A DNA stretch of 31,200 nucleotides from an uncultured Saprospiraceae bacterium (GTDB lineage Bacteria > Bacteroidota > Bacteroidia > Chitinophagales > Saprospiraceae): assembly GCA_964465435.1 (NCBI GenBank), contig CAYXKO010000001.1:1-31200 (forward strand). The letters run 5' to 3'. Shown here in pieces: positions 23,867 through 31,200 of the stretch (the first letter of the stretch is position 1; each line of letters starts with the position of its first letter). The position numbers and the translations under genes were made by a program. The notes below the pieces were generated by a model, which saw only the letters and a program-made list of their open reading frames with translations, was not told where the DNA came from and did not search any database.

Positions 23867-26800
23867 CCTTGGATTCTGGATTTGTTGAAATACTCCTCGA
23901 CCAGTTTTTTGTAAAAAGGCCGAAGGTCCGGTGATATGTACTGGAACCATTCTGTTTCTGCCTGGCGTTGTTTTAAGTATTCCTCAAGCCCGGCAGGAAA
24001 CTGTCTTTCAATTTTCGTACCAGTTTCTGATTTCCGTTCTTCTTTATATTCTCTTTCCCTTTCAGAACGCTCAGCCTCAAGGAGTCTGGTTGTGATCTCC
24101 TGCTGGCGTTTGAGGGTTTCGTTGGTCAGTCTTTTGTTTACCAGGTCGCGTTCATTTTTATTCATTTTTTCTATGGCATCGCGGATTTCCTGTGACAGGC
24201 CCTGGCCCTGTTCCTTTTTCTCGTTTTCGAGATCCTGCAGTTGTTTTCTCAGTTTTGCCTGTTGCGCGGCCATTTCGGCGAATTCCTTGCTCATCTGTCC
24301 CTGACCTTTTTTCATTTGTTCGGACATTTTCTTCATCTCCTCTCCCATATTCTTTTGTCCCTCGGAGATCTTGTCCAGGGGAACTTTCCCCTTTTTTCCG
24401 CTGGGTTTCTTTCCCTTGCCGGGTTTCTTGCAAGCCTTGCTTCCAGGCTTATCGCAAGTAGCATTGCTTTGTTGCTGCTTATCGTTCATGGTCTCTGACA
24501 ACATGACGGCAAGGTCATTGACATTTTTCATGATTTTTCCCTGATGGGCAGAGGCCTGGCCCGCGTAGCGGTTCTCTAAAAATCCGAGTGTCTTTTTGAA
24601 GTTGTCATTGATCTCGCTCACTTTTTCTGTCACGTAGCTTTCGATCTCCACAATTCTTTTGCTGAGGGCGTCCAGAGAGTCCTGGATAAGCCTGAAATCA
24701 TTTTGAAGCTTGAATTGGTCCTGAACGAGAGACACATAGGCAGGTGTCTGCACATGGGTTATTTCAAAGGATTTGGTCAGTTTCTCCTGGTCGAATGACA
24801 GCACAACCAGATTTTCCAAAAGCTGCCGCAATGCCTTTACGTCTTCCTCCTGTTCCTCCTGTTCACTTTCCTGCATCTGACCTTCCATCTGGTCTGCCAT
24901 TTCGTTCATCTTGTCAGCGCCTTCTTTCTGTTCCTTTCCGGCGCCCTGGTTGTCCTTCTTGTCGATCTTCTCCTTTGCATCCTTGAGGTTTTTCTTTACC
25001 TCTTCGGCCTTTTCGGACTGGTCATCCAGTTTTTTAGGTCGTTCAAGCTCCTGGTTTTTCTGCTGGATCTCTTCCTGCTGCTTTTTCAGGTCGTCAAACT
25101 TCTTGTTGATCTCATCCTGTTCCTTTTTCAGCTCTTCATTGCTTTCCGTTTTCTTTTCGGTTTTTTCCTTGAGCTCTTCCTGCTTTTCGGCCAGTTCGCG
25201 CAGTTCGTTAATTTGATCCTTGATTTGTTTTTCCAGCTCCAGTTGCTTGAACAACTCAAGCAGCCTGTCCATCTGTTTTTGCATATCCTGCCCCTTGTCC
25301 TCAAACTGTTCGGTCATCTGAATGGCCTGATCCTTGTTGAGTTCCTGCATTAATTGCTGGATCTGATCCATCAATTGCTGCATTTGTTGCTGCATGTTCT
25401 CGTTGAAAAGTTTCTGAAGCTGTTCCTGTTTTTCCTTCAAAGGTTCGTCGGGCTGACTGAACTGTTGTTGTTTCTTCAGGTTTTCATCGTATTTCTTTTT
25501 TGCCTCGTCAAACTTTTTTTGGATCTCCTGCTGCTGGTCCAGCATTTTTTCAAGGTCCTTTTTATTTTGCCATTCGAGGTCTTTTTTCTGTCTCAGCTTA
25601 TCCTTAAAATCCTTGAGTTTGTCCTGCAGCTTTTTGGCGTCCCTGACAGCTTCTTCCAGGTTCTTTTTGATGTCCTCGTTATTTTCCGATTCCTTTTGGG
25701 CCAGTTCTTCCTTGCTTGCCATCCTGTATTCCTGTATGGAACTTTTGGTTGATTTGCTACCGTTTACGCCATCGTTGTCCCAAACTTCAAAATAGTAATT
25801 TATTTTCTCACCCGGCTGAAGTTGGAGACTCTCCATATCGAGGATATGCCTGAACGTAGCGGTTTTTTTCCCTTCTATGCGTATGGCCGTTGTCTGAAGC
25901 GCCTGTGCTTTGCCCGCTTTGTCAATTTTTTGAAAGTGAAAATCGAGGTTTCTGAGGCCATAGTCATCCGCCAGTTCTCCGCCGAAGTAAATGATGGCCT
26001 GATTGGTGCTGTCCTCAAAGGATTCCAGCTGGATCAGGGGGTGCTGGTCAGGAATGACAGATATCTGGTATTGTACCGTATCCGGATTTTTGATTTTTGC
26101 ATTGGTCAGGTACAGGGTATAGTTCATGTCCTTTAAGGCCCTTACGGAGAGGCTGTATTGGTCTTCTCCCCTGCGTTGGGTTTCCCTGGCTTCACCTGCA
26201 TCAGAAAATCTTACGCTGAGCGCGTCGGTGTTTTCTGTTTGGAAGTTCCAGTGGATCCGCGTGCCGGCCGGAACCACAAGTCCACCGGTGTTGCGCAGGG
26301 TTTCAGAGGCCCTGCCCGTATAGGAAGGATATTCCAGCTTAACCTCAAACTCACTGACGAGTGGCTTGAGGATCACGCTCAGTTTAAATTCTTCCGAACT
26401 CACATCTCCGGAAAAAATTCGGAAAGGCAGGTCTTTTTGGACATTGCTGAAAGTATATACGTATTCATCCTGGCTGACCTTGCGGAGGCGGTAACGGAAG
26501 TGATCGTATTCCACGAATACCTCGGCAGGCAGGTATTTTCCCTCGGCTCTTACGTGTAAATCGAAATCTGAATTTTGCAGCGCTTCGAGATTTTCGTTTT
26601 CCAGAACGAAATTGAAGGGAGCGGCTTTGGCAAATTCCTGGTCGTTTTGTATCAGGCGTTTGGTCGGGTCCTTGATCAGGCTGGGGGCCAGGAGCAGGAT
26701 GCTGAAGAGCATGAGAAGAGGCCAGATGGCATATCGAAGATATTTCCGGTTTCTCTGCAGATCCACCGCTTTTACAAAAGGTACGGGTTGAAGTTCTTTG

Positions 26801-27216
26801 GCTTTCTGGGCAATGCTTGCCTCGATCAGCGAACGGTCAGAATAGGCTACGGATTGGGACTTTAACTGGAGTACGTTGAGCAGTTTGTCCTGGACGTCTG
26901 AAAAATGTGTGCCTATGATCCGGGAAGCTTCTTCGTGGCTGATCAACTTGCCCAATCTGAAATAATGGAGCAAAGGTCTGATCATCCAGTAATAAAATGT
27001 ACCCAGGCTTAATCCGATGAAGGAATAGAAGAGGACCTTTCGAACTGCTTTTCCAAAGTAAAAAAAGTTTTCCAGCAGGTTGAAAGCGATGAAAACGGCA
27101 GTCAGCATACCCACGAACCAGATCATCCCCCTCAGAAACTGATTGAGATAATACTTGCGCGTAAACTCGTCGATCTTGAGAATAAGACGATCGTAGTAAC
27201 TGTCCTTCCACTCCAT
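23863..27216 (-). CDS. DUF4175-like large membrane protein (N-terminal TMs, Ig-like region, long Q/E/K coiled coil)
   Basis: 1117 aa; TM segments near aa 28-80 and 160-180; D.PP.I-type beta domains (VIPDQHPLIQL, ADDYGL, YYFEVWDNDGVNGSKSTKS); about 500 aa of coiled coil; RQQEITTRLLEAE near the end. Family name recalled from these motifs. Confidence 0.8.
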   Translation of the reverse strand: MEWKDSYYDRLILKIDEFTRKYYLNQFLRGMIWFVGMLTAVFIAFNLLENFFYFGKAVRKVLFYSFIGLSLGTFYYWMIRPLLHYFRLGKLISHEEASRIIGTHFSDVQDKLLNVLQLKSQSVAYSDRSLIEASIAQKAKELQPVPFVKAVDLQRNRKYLRYAIWPLLMLFSILLLAPSLIKDPTKRLIQNDQEFAKAAPFNFVLENENLEALQNSDFDLHVRAEGKYLPAEVFVEYDHFRYRLRKVSQDEYVYTFSNVQKDLPFRIFSGDVSSEEFKLSVILKPLVSEFEVKLEYPSYTGRASETLRNTGGLVVPAGTRIHWNFQTENTDALSVRFSDAGEARETQRRGEDQYSLSVRALKDMNYTLYLTNAKIKNPDTVQYQISVIPDQHPLIQLESFEDSTNQAIIYFGGELADDYGLRNLDFHFQKIDKAGKAQALQTTAIRIEGKKTATFRHILDMESLQLQPGEKINYYFEVWDNDGVNGSKSTKSSIQEYRMASKEELAQKESENNEDIKKNLEEAVRDAKKLQDKLKDFKDKLRQKKDLEWQNKKDLEKMLDQQQEIQKKFDEAKKKYDENLKKQQQFSQPDEPLKEKQEQLQKLFNENMQQQMQQLMDQIQQLMQELNKDQAIQMTEQFEDKGQDMQKQMDRLLELFKQLELEKQIKDQINELRELAEKQEELKEKTEKKTESNEELKKEQDEINKKFDDLKKQQEEIQQKNQELERPKKLDDQSEKAEEVKKNLKDAKEKIDKKDNQGAGKEQKEGADKMNEMADQMEGQMQESEQEEQEEDVKALRQLLENLVVLSFDQEKLTKSFEITHVQTPAYVSLVQDQFKLQNDFRLIQDSLDALSKRIVEIESYVTEKVSEINDNFKKTLGFLENRYAGQASAHQGKIMKNVNDLAVMLSETMNDKQQQSNATCDKPGSKACKKPGKGKKPSGKKGKVPLDKISEGQKNMGEEMKKMSEQMKKGQGQMSKEFAEMAAQQAKLRKQLQDLENEKKEQGQGLSQEIRDAIEKMNKNERDLVNKRLTNETLKRQQEITTRLLEAERSEREREYKEERKSETGTKIERQFPAGLEEYLKQRQAETEWFQYISPDLRPFYKKLVEEYFNKSRIQG

Positions 27217-27374
27217 ATTCCTGATTTTCGGTATTAATAAACGCTATAATGGAAAAAATAATTTCCTATGGTAAAGCTAATGCATCCTGCCTAATTAACT
27301 TTAACAAGAATATACAGGCATTGGTTTATGGTTTTCCCATGCAGGGTTAATGGATCTGCGCAACAGTCTGAATT

Positions 27375-27382
27375 TACATTTG
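27375..27382 (+). promoter_or_regulatory. Candidate -7 element TACATTTG upstream of the Reeler/T9SS gene
   Basis: Exact TAnnTTTG in the 343-bp AT-rich divergent intergenic region, about 177 nt before ATG 27560; no -33 match. Confidence 0.35.
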
Positions 27383-27559
27383 ACTGAATATCAGCAGAAT
27401 AAAAGAAATTATATCCAAATTTTCTTAAAAATGAAACCCAAAGGCAGTCAAATCACGAAACATTAAAACAGACTTCACTTTTTTTTGTTGTTTTCCAGAG
27501 TACAGCACAAACCATTCTGACTTCTCTATTTTATACCAAATTCAACCATTCACTTAGTT

Positions 27560-28351
27560 ATGAAAATTAACGTTATACTGGTCCTGTTATCAGCTTTTGC
27601 CTTTATTTCTTCGGTAAACACCCCCAGCAACCCTCCGGTAGAGGTCACGGGAGCTCCGGGTGAATCGACCTGTGCCCAATCCGGCTGTCACCGTGGCGGT
27701 AATTTTACGGGTACGGTCAAACTGGAAGGGATCCCGGATACGATCGTGGCTGGCCAAACCTACAAGATCACCATCCGGACCACCACCTCTGCCGCGCGGA
27801 CCGGATTTGAAGCCACTGCAATAGACGGGGATCAGGCCAGGGCAGGTACATTTTTGGCGGGTACCGGTTCTACGGTGGCCATTGGAAGAACCTTCAGCAG
27901 GCAGTACATCCGGCATGCACCTTCCAAACTGACCCGAAACGGAGAGACCACCTGGGATTTTGACTGGACAGCTCCGGCAAGCATCAAAGGAGACAGTGTG
28001 TCTTTTTATTTCGTCAGCCTGACATGCAACAACAATGGTTCAGAGACTGGCGACAATGTGCTGGCAGGCAAAATGAACCGCTATTTTATGAAAGTGACTT
28101 CATCCACAGAAGATGCAGCCAGGACCAGTCCGATCCTGTATCCCAATCCGGTAAGTTCCGAATTGCACGTAGGGGATTTGGAAGGAATGAGGCATCAATT
28201 GTTCATCTACAATGATCAGGGACAAAAGGTGTTCGAACAAAGCGTCGGATCCGGTGAAAACATAGAGATTGGAAGCTGGACGAACGGCATTTATCATTAT
28301 TACCTCCATTCTGAGAAAAGATCTCATTCAGGGAAATTCATCAAATATTGA
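27560..28351 (+). CDS. T9SS type A cargo with Reeler-like (choice-of-anchor V) domain
   Basis: Signal peptide; SNPPVEVTGAPGESTCAQSGCH; GFEATA..AGTF; IRH; WDFDWTAPA..VSFYFVSLTCNNNGSETGD; CTD ILYPNPVSSEL..IYNDQGQKV..WTNGIY. Confidence 0.82.
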   Translation: MKINVILVLLSAFAFISSVNTPSNPPVEVTGAPGESTCAQSGCHRGGNFTGTVKLEGIPDTIVAGQTYKITIRTTTSAARTGFEATAIDGDQARAGTFLAGTGSTVAIGRTFSRQYIRHAPSKLTRNGETTWDFDWTAPASIKGDSVSFYFVSLTCNNNGSETGDNVLAGKMNRYFMKVTSSTEDAARTSPILYPNPVSSELHVGDLEGMRHQLFIYNDQGQKVFEQSVGSGENIEIGSWTNGIYHYYLHSEKRSHSGKFIKY

Positions 28352-28370
28352 CGATTGATTTTGACCGGGT

Positions 28371-29165
28371 CTACCTGTAGATCTGAAATCTTTTTATGCG
28401 TCCGGGAAGTGCCAGGACAAAATAGTCGCGGTTGAGGGCGAAATCCAGGATCTTTTCCGTACCCCTGTAAATTTCACGGATGCCCTTTCCTTCGGGTTTC
28501 CATTCGTAAATGATGTTGTTTTTGAGGTAATACAAACTACCTTCCAGAAAATCCATTTGCAGAATGGCGCTGTCTTCCAAATGTTTTTTCTCCTGCAGGG
28601 ACTCATTGAAGATCCATAATCCGGTGCCCGGTATCAGGAGATATATTGAAATTCCGTCCGAGCTTATCTGACTGACCGGGCCTCCTTTGCGTCTGGAAGT
28701 GACAAGCTCAACGCCGGACCGGATGCTTTGGTCCCGGATGTCGCGGATATGGACCCTCTGGTTTGCAAAGAGTGCATACCGGTTGGGACCAAAATAGCAG
28801 AAAGCGCTTTCGGCATTCAGCTCAGGATAATAGTCATCTGCTATTGTTTCAAGGTTTTCATCCAGGGATTGCACGCTGGAAAATTCCGGATAAAAAAGAT
28901 ACAACTTATCGGGATCATGTACATCCAGAGACATGAATTCACTAAAGAATGGGCTGGAAATCTCCCGGCGTACGCGCAGATCGCCATGGTAGCTGATCAA
29001 TCTGCTGCCATCCGAGCTAATCGCATAGATGTGATTCATCTGGTCTAAGTGCACCGCGCCTGAATTAATTCTAATGCTGTCCTTAAACAGCAGGCTGCCG
29101 ATCTGTGCGCTGGATATTGGGATAGCAGAGAGAAGCAGGATCAGATTAAATGTAAATCGCAACAT
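28371..29165 (-). CDS. Hypothetical exported protein, probable beta-propeller
   Basis: Signal peptide MLRFTFNLILLLSAIPISSAQ at ATG 29165; repeated blade-like units (LDQMNHIYAI, LDVHDPDKLYLFY, SDGISIYLL, MDFLEGSLYYL, DFALNRDYFVLA). The ORF-track extension to 29351 overlaps lpxH and is unlikely to be real. Confidence 0.7.
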   Translation of the reverse strand: MLRFTFNLILLLSAIPISSAQIGSLLFKDSIRINSGAVHLDQMNHIYAISSDGSRLISYHGDLRVRREISSPFFSEFMSLDVHDPDKLYLFYPEFSSVQSLDENLETIADDYYPELNAESAFCYFGPNRYALFANQRVHIRDIRDQSIRSGVELVTSRRKGGPVSQISSDGISIYLLIPGTGLWIFNESLQEKKHLEDSAILQMDFLEGSLYYLKNNIIYEWKPEGKGIREIYRGTEKILDFALNRDYFVLALPGRIKRFQIYR

Positions 29166-29919
29166 CTTCTCTTTCGTAAAACCGGAGTTTAAGGTCTGTG
29201 CCATCAAATTCGGCATAGGATTGAAAACTAAGCCAGTCACCGAGGTTGACATAACGCGACCTTTGGTTGCTGAGTGTGTAATCGATGGGGAGATGTCTGT
29301 GTCCAAAAATAAAATAATCAGCAGGTCTTTGCCTGCACTCCTCTTCGGCAAAAGCTATGAGCCATTCGCGGTCCACCCCCAGAAAATTCTGTACGGGAGC
29401 CTGTGCTTTTCGGCTTTTTCTGGAAAAATAATCTGCCAGTCCGATTCCGACATCCGGATGGATCCACCGGAAAGCAAATTGGGCCAGTGGGTTTCGGAAT
29501 AGTTTTTTCAGTCTTTTGTAACCATGATCTCCCGGTCCCAGACCGTCTCCATGTCCAATATAAAAGATCTTATTCCCGATCGTTCTGGTGATCGGTTCGT
29601 GCAGGATGGGTATGTTCAGTTCCTCGAGGAAATAATCCTTCATCCAAAGATCGTGGTTGCCGGTAAAAAAAAAGATCTCAACACCATCATCCCTGAGTTC
29701 TGCCAGTTTGCCCAGCAAACGGGTGTAACCACGGGGAACTACCCGCCTGTAGTCGAACCAAAAGTCAAACACATCGCCCACCAGAAATAGTTGGTCTGCG
29801 TCTTTGGAAATGTCATTAAGCCATCTGACAATGGTCTTTTCCCGTTCGCGGGAGCTTAGCAATCCCGGTGCACCCAAATGAAAATCTGAAGCGAAATATA
29901 CCTTTCCCAAAGGCCGCAT
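29146..29919 (-). CDS. lpxH: UDP-2,3-diacylglucosamine diphosphatase (lipid A biosynthesis)
   Basis: Metallophosphoesterase motifs YFASDFHLG, LFLVGDVFDFW, TGNHD, HGD, IFGHRH, NLGDW. ATG 29919 overlaps the nbaC stop (TAATG). Confidence 0.92.
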   Translation of the reverse strand: MRPLGKVYFASDFHLGAPGLLSSREREKTIVRWLNDISKDADQLFLVGDVFDFWFDYRRVVPRGYTRLLGKLAELRDDGVEIFFFTGNHDLWMKDYFLEELNIPILHEPITRTIGNKIFYIGHGDGLGPGDHGYKRLKKLFRNPLAQFAFRWIHPDVGIGLADYFSRKSRKAQAPVQNFLGVDREWLIAFAEEECRQRPADYFIFGHRHLPIDYTLSNQRSRYVNLGDWLSFQSYAEFDGTDLKLRFYEREDVAIYI

Positions 29920-30449
29920 TAATTGATGAATCTCGGATCCGCCTCCATCACATGGCCGCAGTTGGGGCAAGTTCGCATGGACTCGGATGTATAAAAATCG
30001 CGGAATCTGGGAATGAAATCTTTTTCGATATTGGTCAATGGAAAATAGCTTTCGTGCAGCTTGGTGTTGCATTTTTCACAAAACCAAAGCAAGCCATCCT
30101 GCTCACCCGGTTTTCTTTTGCATTCAATGACCAGCCCTATGGTTCCTGCCGGACGAATGGGGCTGTGGGGTGTATTGGCAGGCAGCAGGAAGATCTCTCC
30201 CTGGCGAATGGGAATATCCACGGGTTTTCCATCTTCCTGTATCCGGACGGTCACATCCCCCTCGATCTGGTAATACCACTCCTCTGTTTCGTTAAAATGG
30301 TAATCCTTGCGGGCGTTGGGGCCGGCAACGATCATCACGATGTAATCCTCGGATTCGTGATAGAGGTTGCGGTTGCCTACAGGAGGCTTAAGTTCCTCAC
30401 GATGCTCCTCGATCCAATGGTGCAGGTTGAAGGGTCTGCGAATGGCCAT
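29919..30449 (-). CDS. nbaC: 3-hydroxyanthranilate 3,4-dioxygenase (kynurenine route to quinolinate/NAD)
   Basis: LKPPVGN, VAGPNARKDYH.NETEEW.YQIEG, LLPANTPHSP.R; rubredoxin-like WFCEKC and TCPNC. Confidence 0.96.
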   Translation of the reverse strand: MAIRRPFNLHHWIEEHREELKPPVGNRNLYHESEDYIVMIVAGPNARKDYHFNETEEWYYQIEGDVTVRIQEDGKPVDIPIRQGEIFLLPANTPHSPIRPAGTIGLVIECKRKPGEQDGLLWFCEKCNTKLHESYFPLTNIEKDFIPRFRDFYTSESMRTCPNCGHVMEADPRFIN

Positions 30450-30480
30450 AATTAGTTCGGTTTATGGGAATAAAGGTAGC

Positions 30481-30999
30481 TCATTTTTTGTTTTCCTCCA
30501 CCGGCTTGTATTTATTGAGCCCGGCATAATAAATGAGGTTCCAGCCATCGCCGGATTTGGCAAACCGTCTGATAACCACCAATCCATACTTTTTCTCCGT
30601 AATTTTCTCTTCGATGAGGATATCAGCCAGATTGGAATAAACGGCATCATAGTCCTTGCTTTGTCTAAAATCTGATTTTTGATAGACCCATTGGTCCTGT
30701 GACCAATAATAAGGCTCGTCTCCGATGAACTCTGGATCGGCGTGCTCAGGCAATCCTTCCAGGGGAAAGTGAATGTGTTCCATTTGAAAAACACTGTCCT
30801 GATGAAATTTCTCATAGAATGCTGCAAAGTCGGCAGGAAGATCGGCAAAACCCAGGTCCGGGCCTGTCCGGGCATTAGATTCGCTATCAGACATTTTCAC
30901 CGGGTCCGGAGATGATTTGCATCCGGTCAAAAGAAATGTCACACTGAGAACGATGAGGATCTCAGTCCTGAAGTATTGCCAAAAGCCACAAAAATTCAT
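30481..30999 (-). CDS. DUF4348-like lipoprotein
   Basis: Lipobox LLTGC; DFAAFYEKFHQDSVFQMEHIHFPL and RF...GDGWNLIYY, typical of this family. Start at 30999 or 31011. Confidence 0.7.
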   Translation of the reverse strand: MNFCGFWQYFRTEILIVLSVTFLLTGCKSSPDPVKMSDSESNARTGPDLGFADLPADFAAFYEKFHQDSVFQMEHIHFPLEGLPEHADPEFIGDEPYYWSQDQWVYQKSDFRQSKDYDAVYSNLADILIEEKITEKKYGLVVIRRFAKSGDGWNLIYYAGLNKYKPVEENKK

Positions 31000-31200
31000 C
31001 TCTAAACTCATATTTGATCCGGTAGTGCTTGATTTGATCTGGTAAAGATAAGGATGCCTCCGAAATGAGGCTTTTATTGGGATCCTGCCGGATGTTCAGA
31101 TGGATTTGCCTGCTGAAAAGTATGCCCCGTTTGCCATGGGCCTTGTAAACGGCTTCCTTGGCACACAAGACTAAGGTGCCTGTTCGGATTGCATCTTGCC
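30962..31200 (-). CDS. 4'-phosphopantetheinyl transferase superfamily protein, C-terminal part (runs off the window end)
   Basis: Frame open to the window edge: ...QDAIRTGTLVLCAKEAVYKAHGK; the xCAKEAxYK motif corresponds to the PPTase WxxKEAxxK motif. Confidence 0.75.
   Translation of the reverse strand, partial: QDAIRTGTLVLCAKEAVYKAHGKRGILFSRQIHLNIRQDPNKSLISEASLSLPDQIKHYRIKYEFRDEFLWLLAILQD

Noticed and set aside
24150-25750. Low-complexity Q/K/E repeats as tandem DNA repeats or a CRISPR-like array
   Set aside because: No exact repeated DNA unit or spacer structure; the pattern is explained by coiled-coil codon usage.
27240-27266. Second ECF-like promoter (GGAAAT-N18-GTT, minus strand) upstream of the DUF4175 gene
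   Set aside because: Its GGAA-to-GTT spacing (20 nt) differs by 2 nt from the one before the sigma gene (18 nt). ECF spacers are rigid and the region is AT-rich, so chance is likely.
27505-27517. GCACAAACCATTC, resembling part of the c-di-GMP-I (GEMM) riboswitch
   Set aside because: The following GAAA tetraloop/GAGTGG pairing strand and the second hairpin are absent. An Rfam cmsearch would settle it.
29166-29351. ORF-track N-terminal extensions of the propeller gene (to 29351) and of lpxH (to 30072)
   Set aside because: They overlap lpxH and nbaC coding sequence. The signal peptide at 29165 and the TAATG coupling at 29919 mark the real starts.
1-31200. Defence systems, prophage, IS elements, tRNA/rRNA genes, CRISPR arrays
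   Set aside because: No nuclease/effector, transposase, integrase or phage structural motifs, cloverleaf or rRNA-like sequence, or direct-repeat arrays were seen. The intergenic gaps are mostly too short to hold them.

Overview
Ordinary chromosomal window (roughly 50% GC) from a Bacteroidota genome, probably Saprospiraceae/Chitinophagales-like. The assignment rests on three T9SS cargo proteins, TAnnTTTG -7 promoter elements, a split transketolase and Bacteroidota-type YbeY/LpxH. It is gene-dense, with about 28 real CDSs (two truncated by the window edges). I see no rRNA, tRNA, CRISPR array, transposase, integrase or phage genes. The most interesting stretch is 17.5-27.2 kb, which looks like a macromolecule damage/quality-control neighbourhood. 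It holds (i) an in-frame YbeY rRNA-maturation RNase fused to an alkyltransferase-like (ATL, PAHRV) DNA-damage sensor; (ii) a SigR/SigH-like ECF sigma factor whose anti-sigma has no cysteine, divergent from a secreted thioredoxin(CxxC)-minimal MsrA fusion and followed by a BepA-like M48 lipoprotein protease; (iii) a second, orphan Cys-poor anti-sigma-like small protein; and (iv) a giant DUF4175-like coiled-coil membrane protein translationally coupled to an RsbW-like kinase. Also notable is a secreted amidohydrolase pair with one intact and two degenerate metal sites. All family assignments come from motif recognition by eye, not from database searches. Several ORF-track starts are corrected here using promoter elements and start/stop overlaps.
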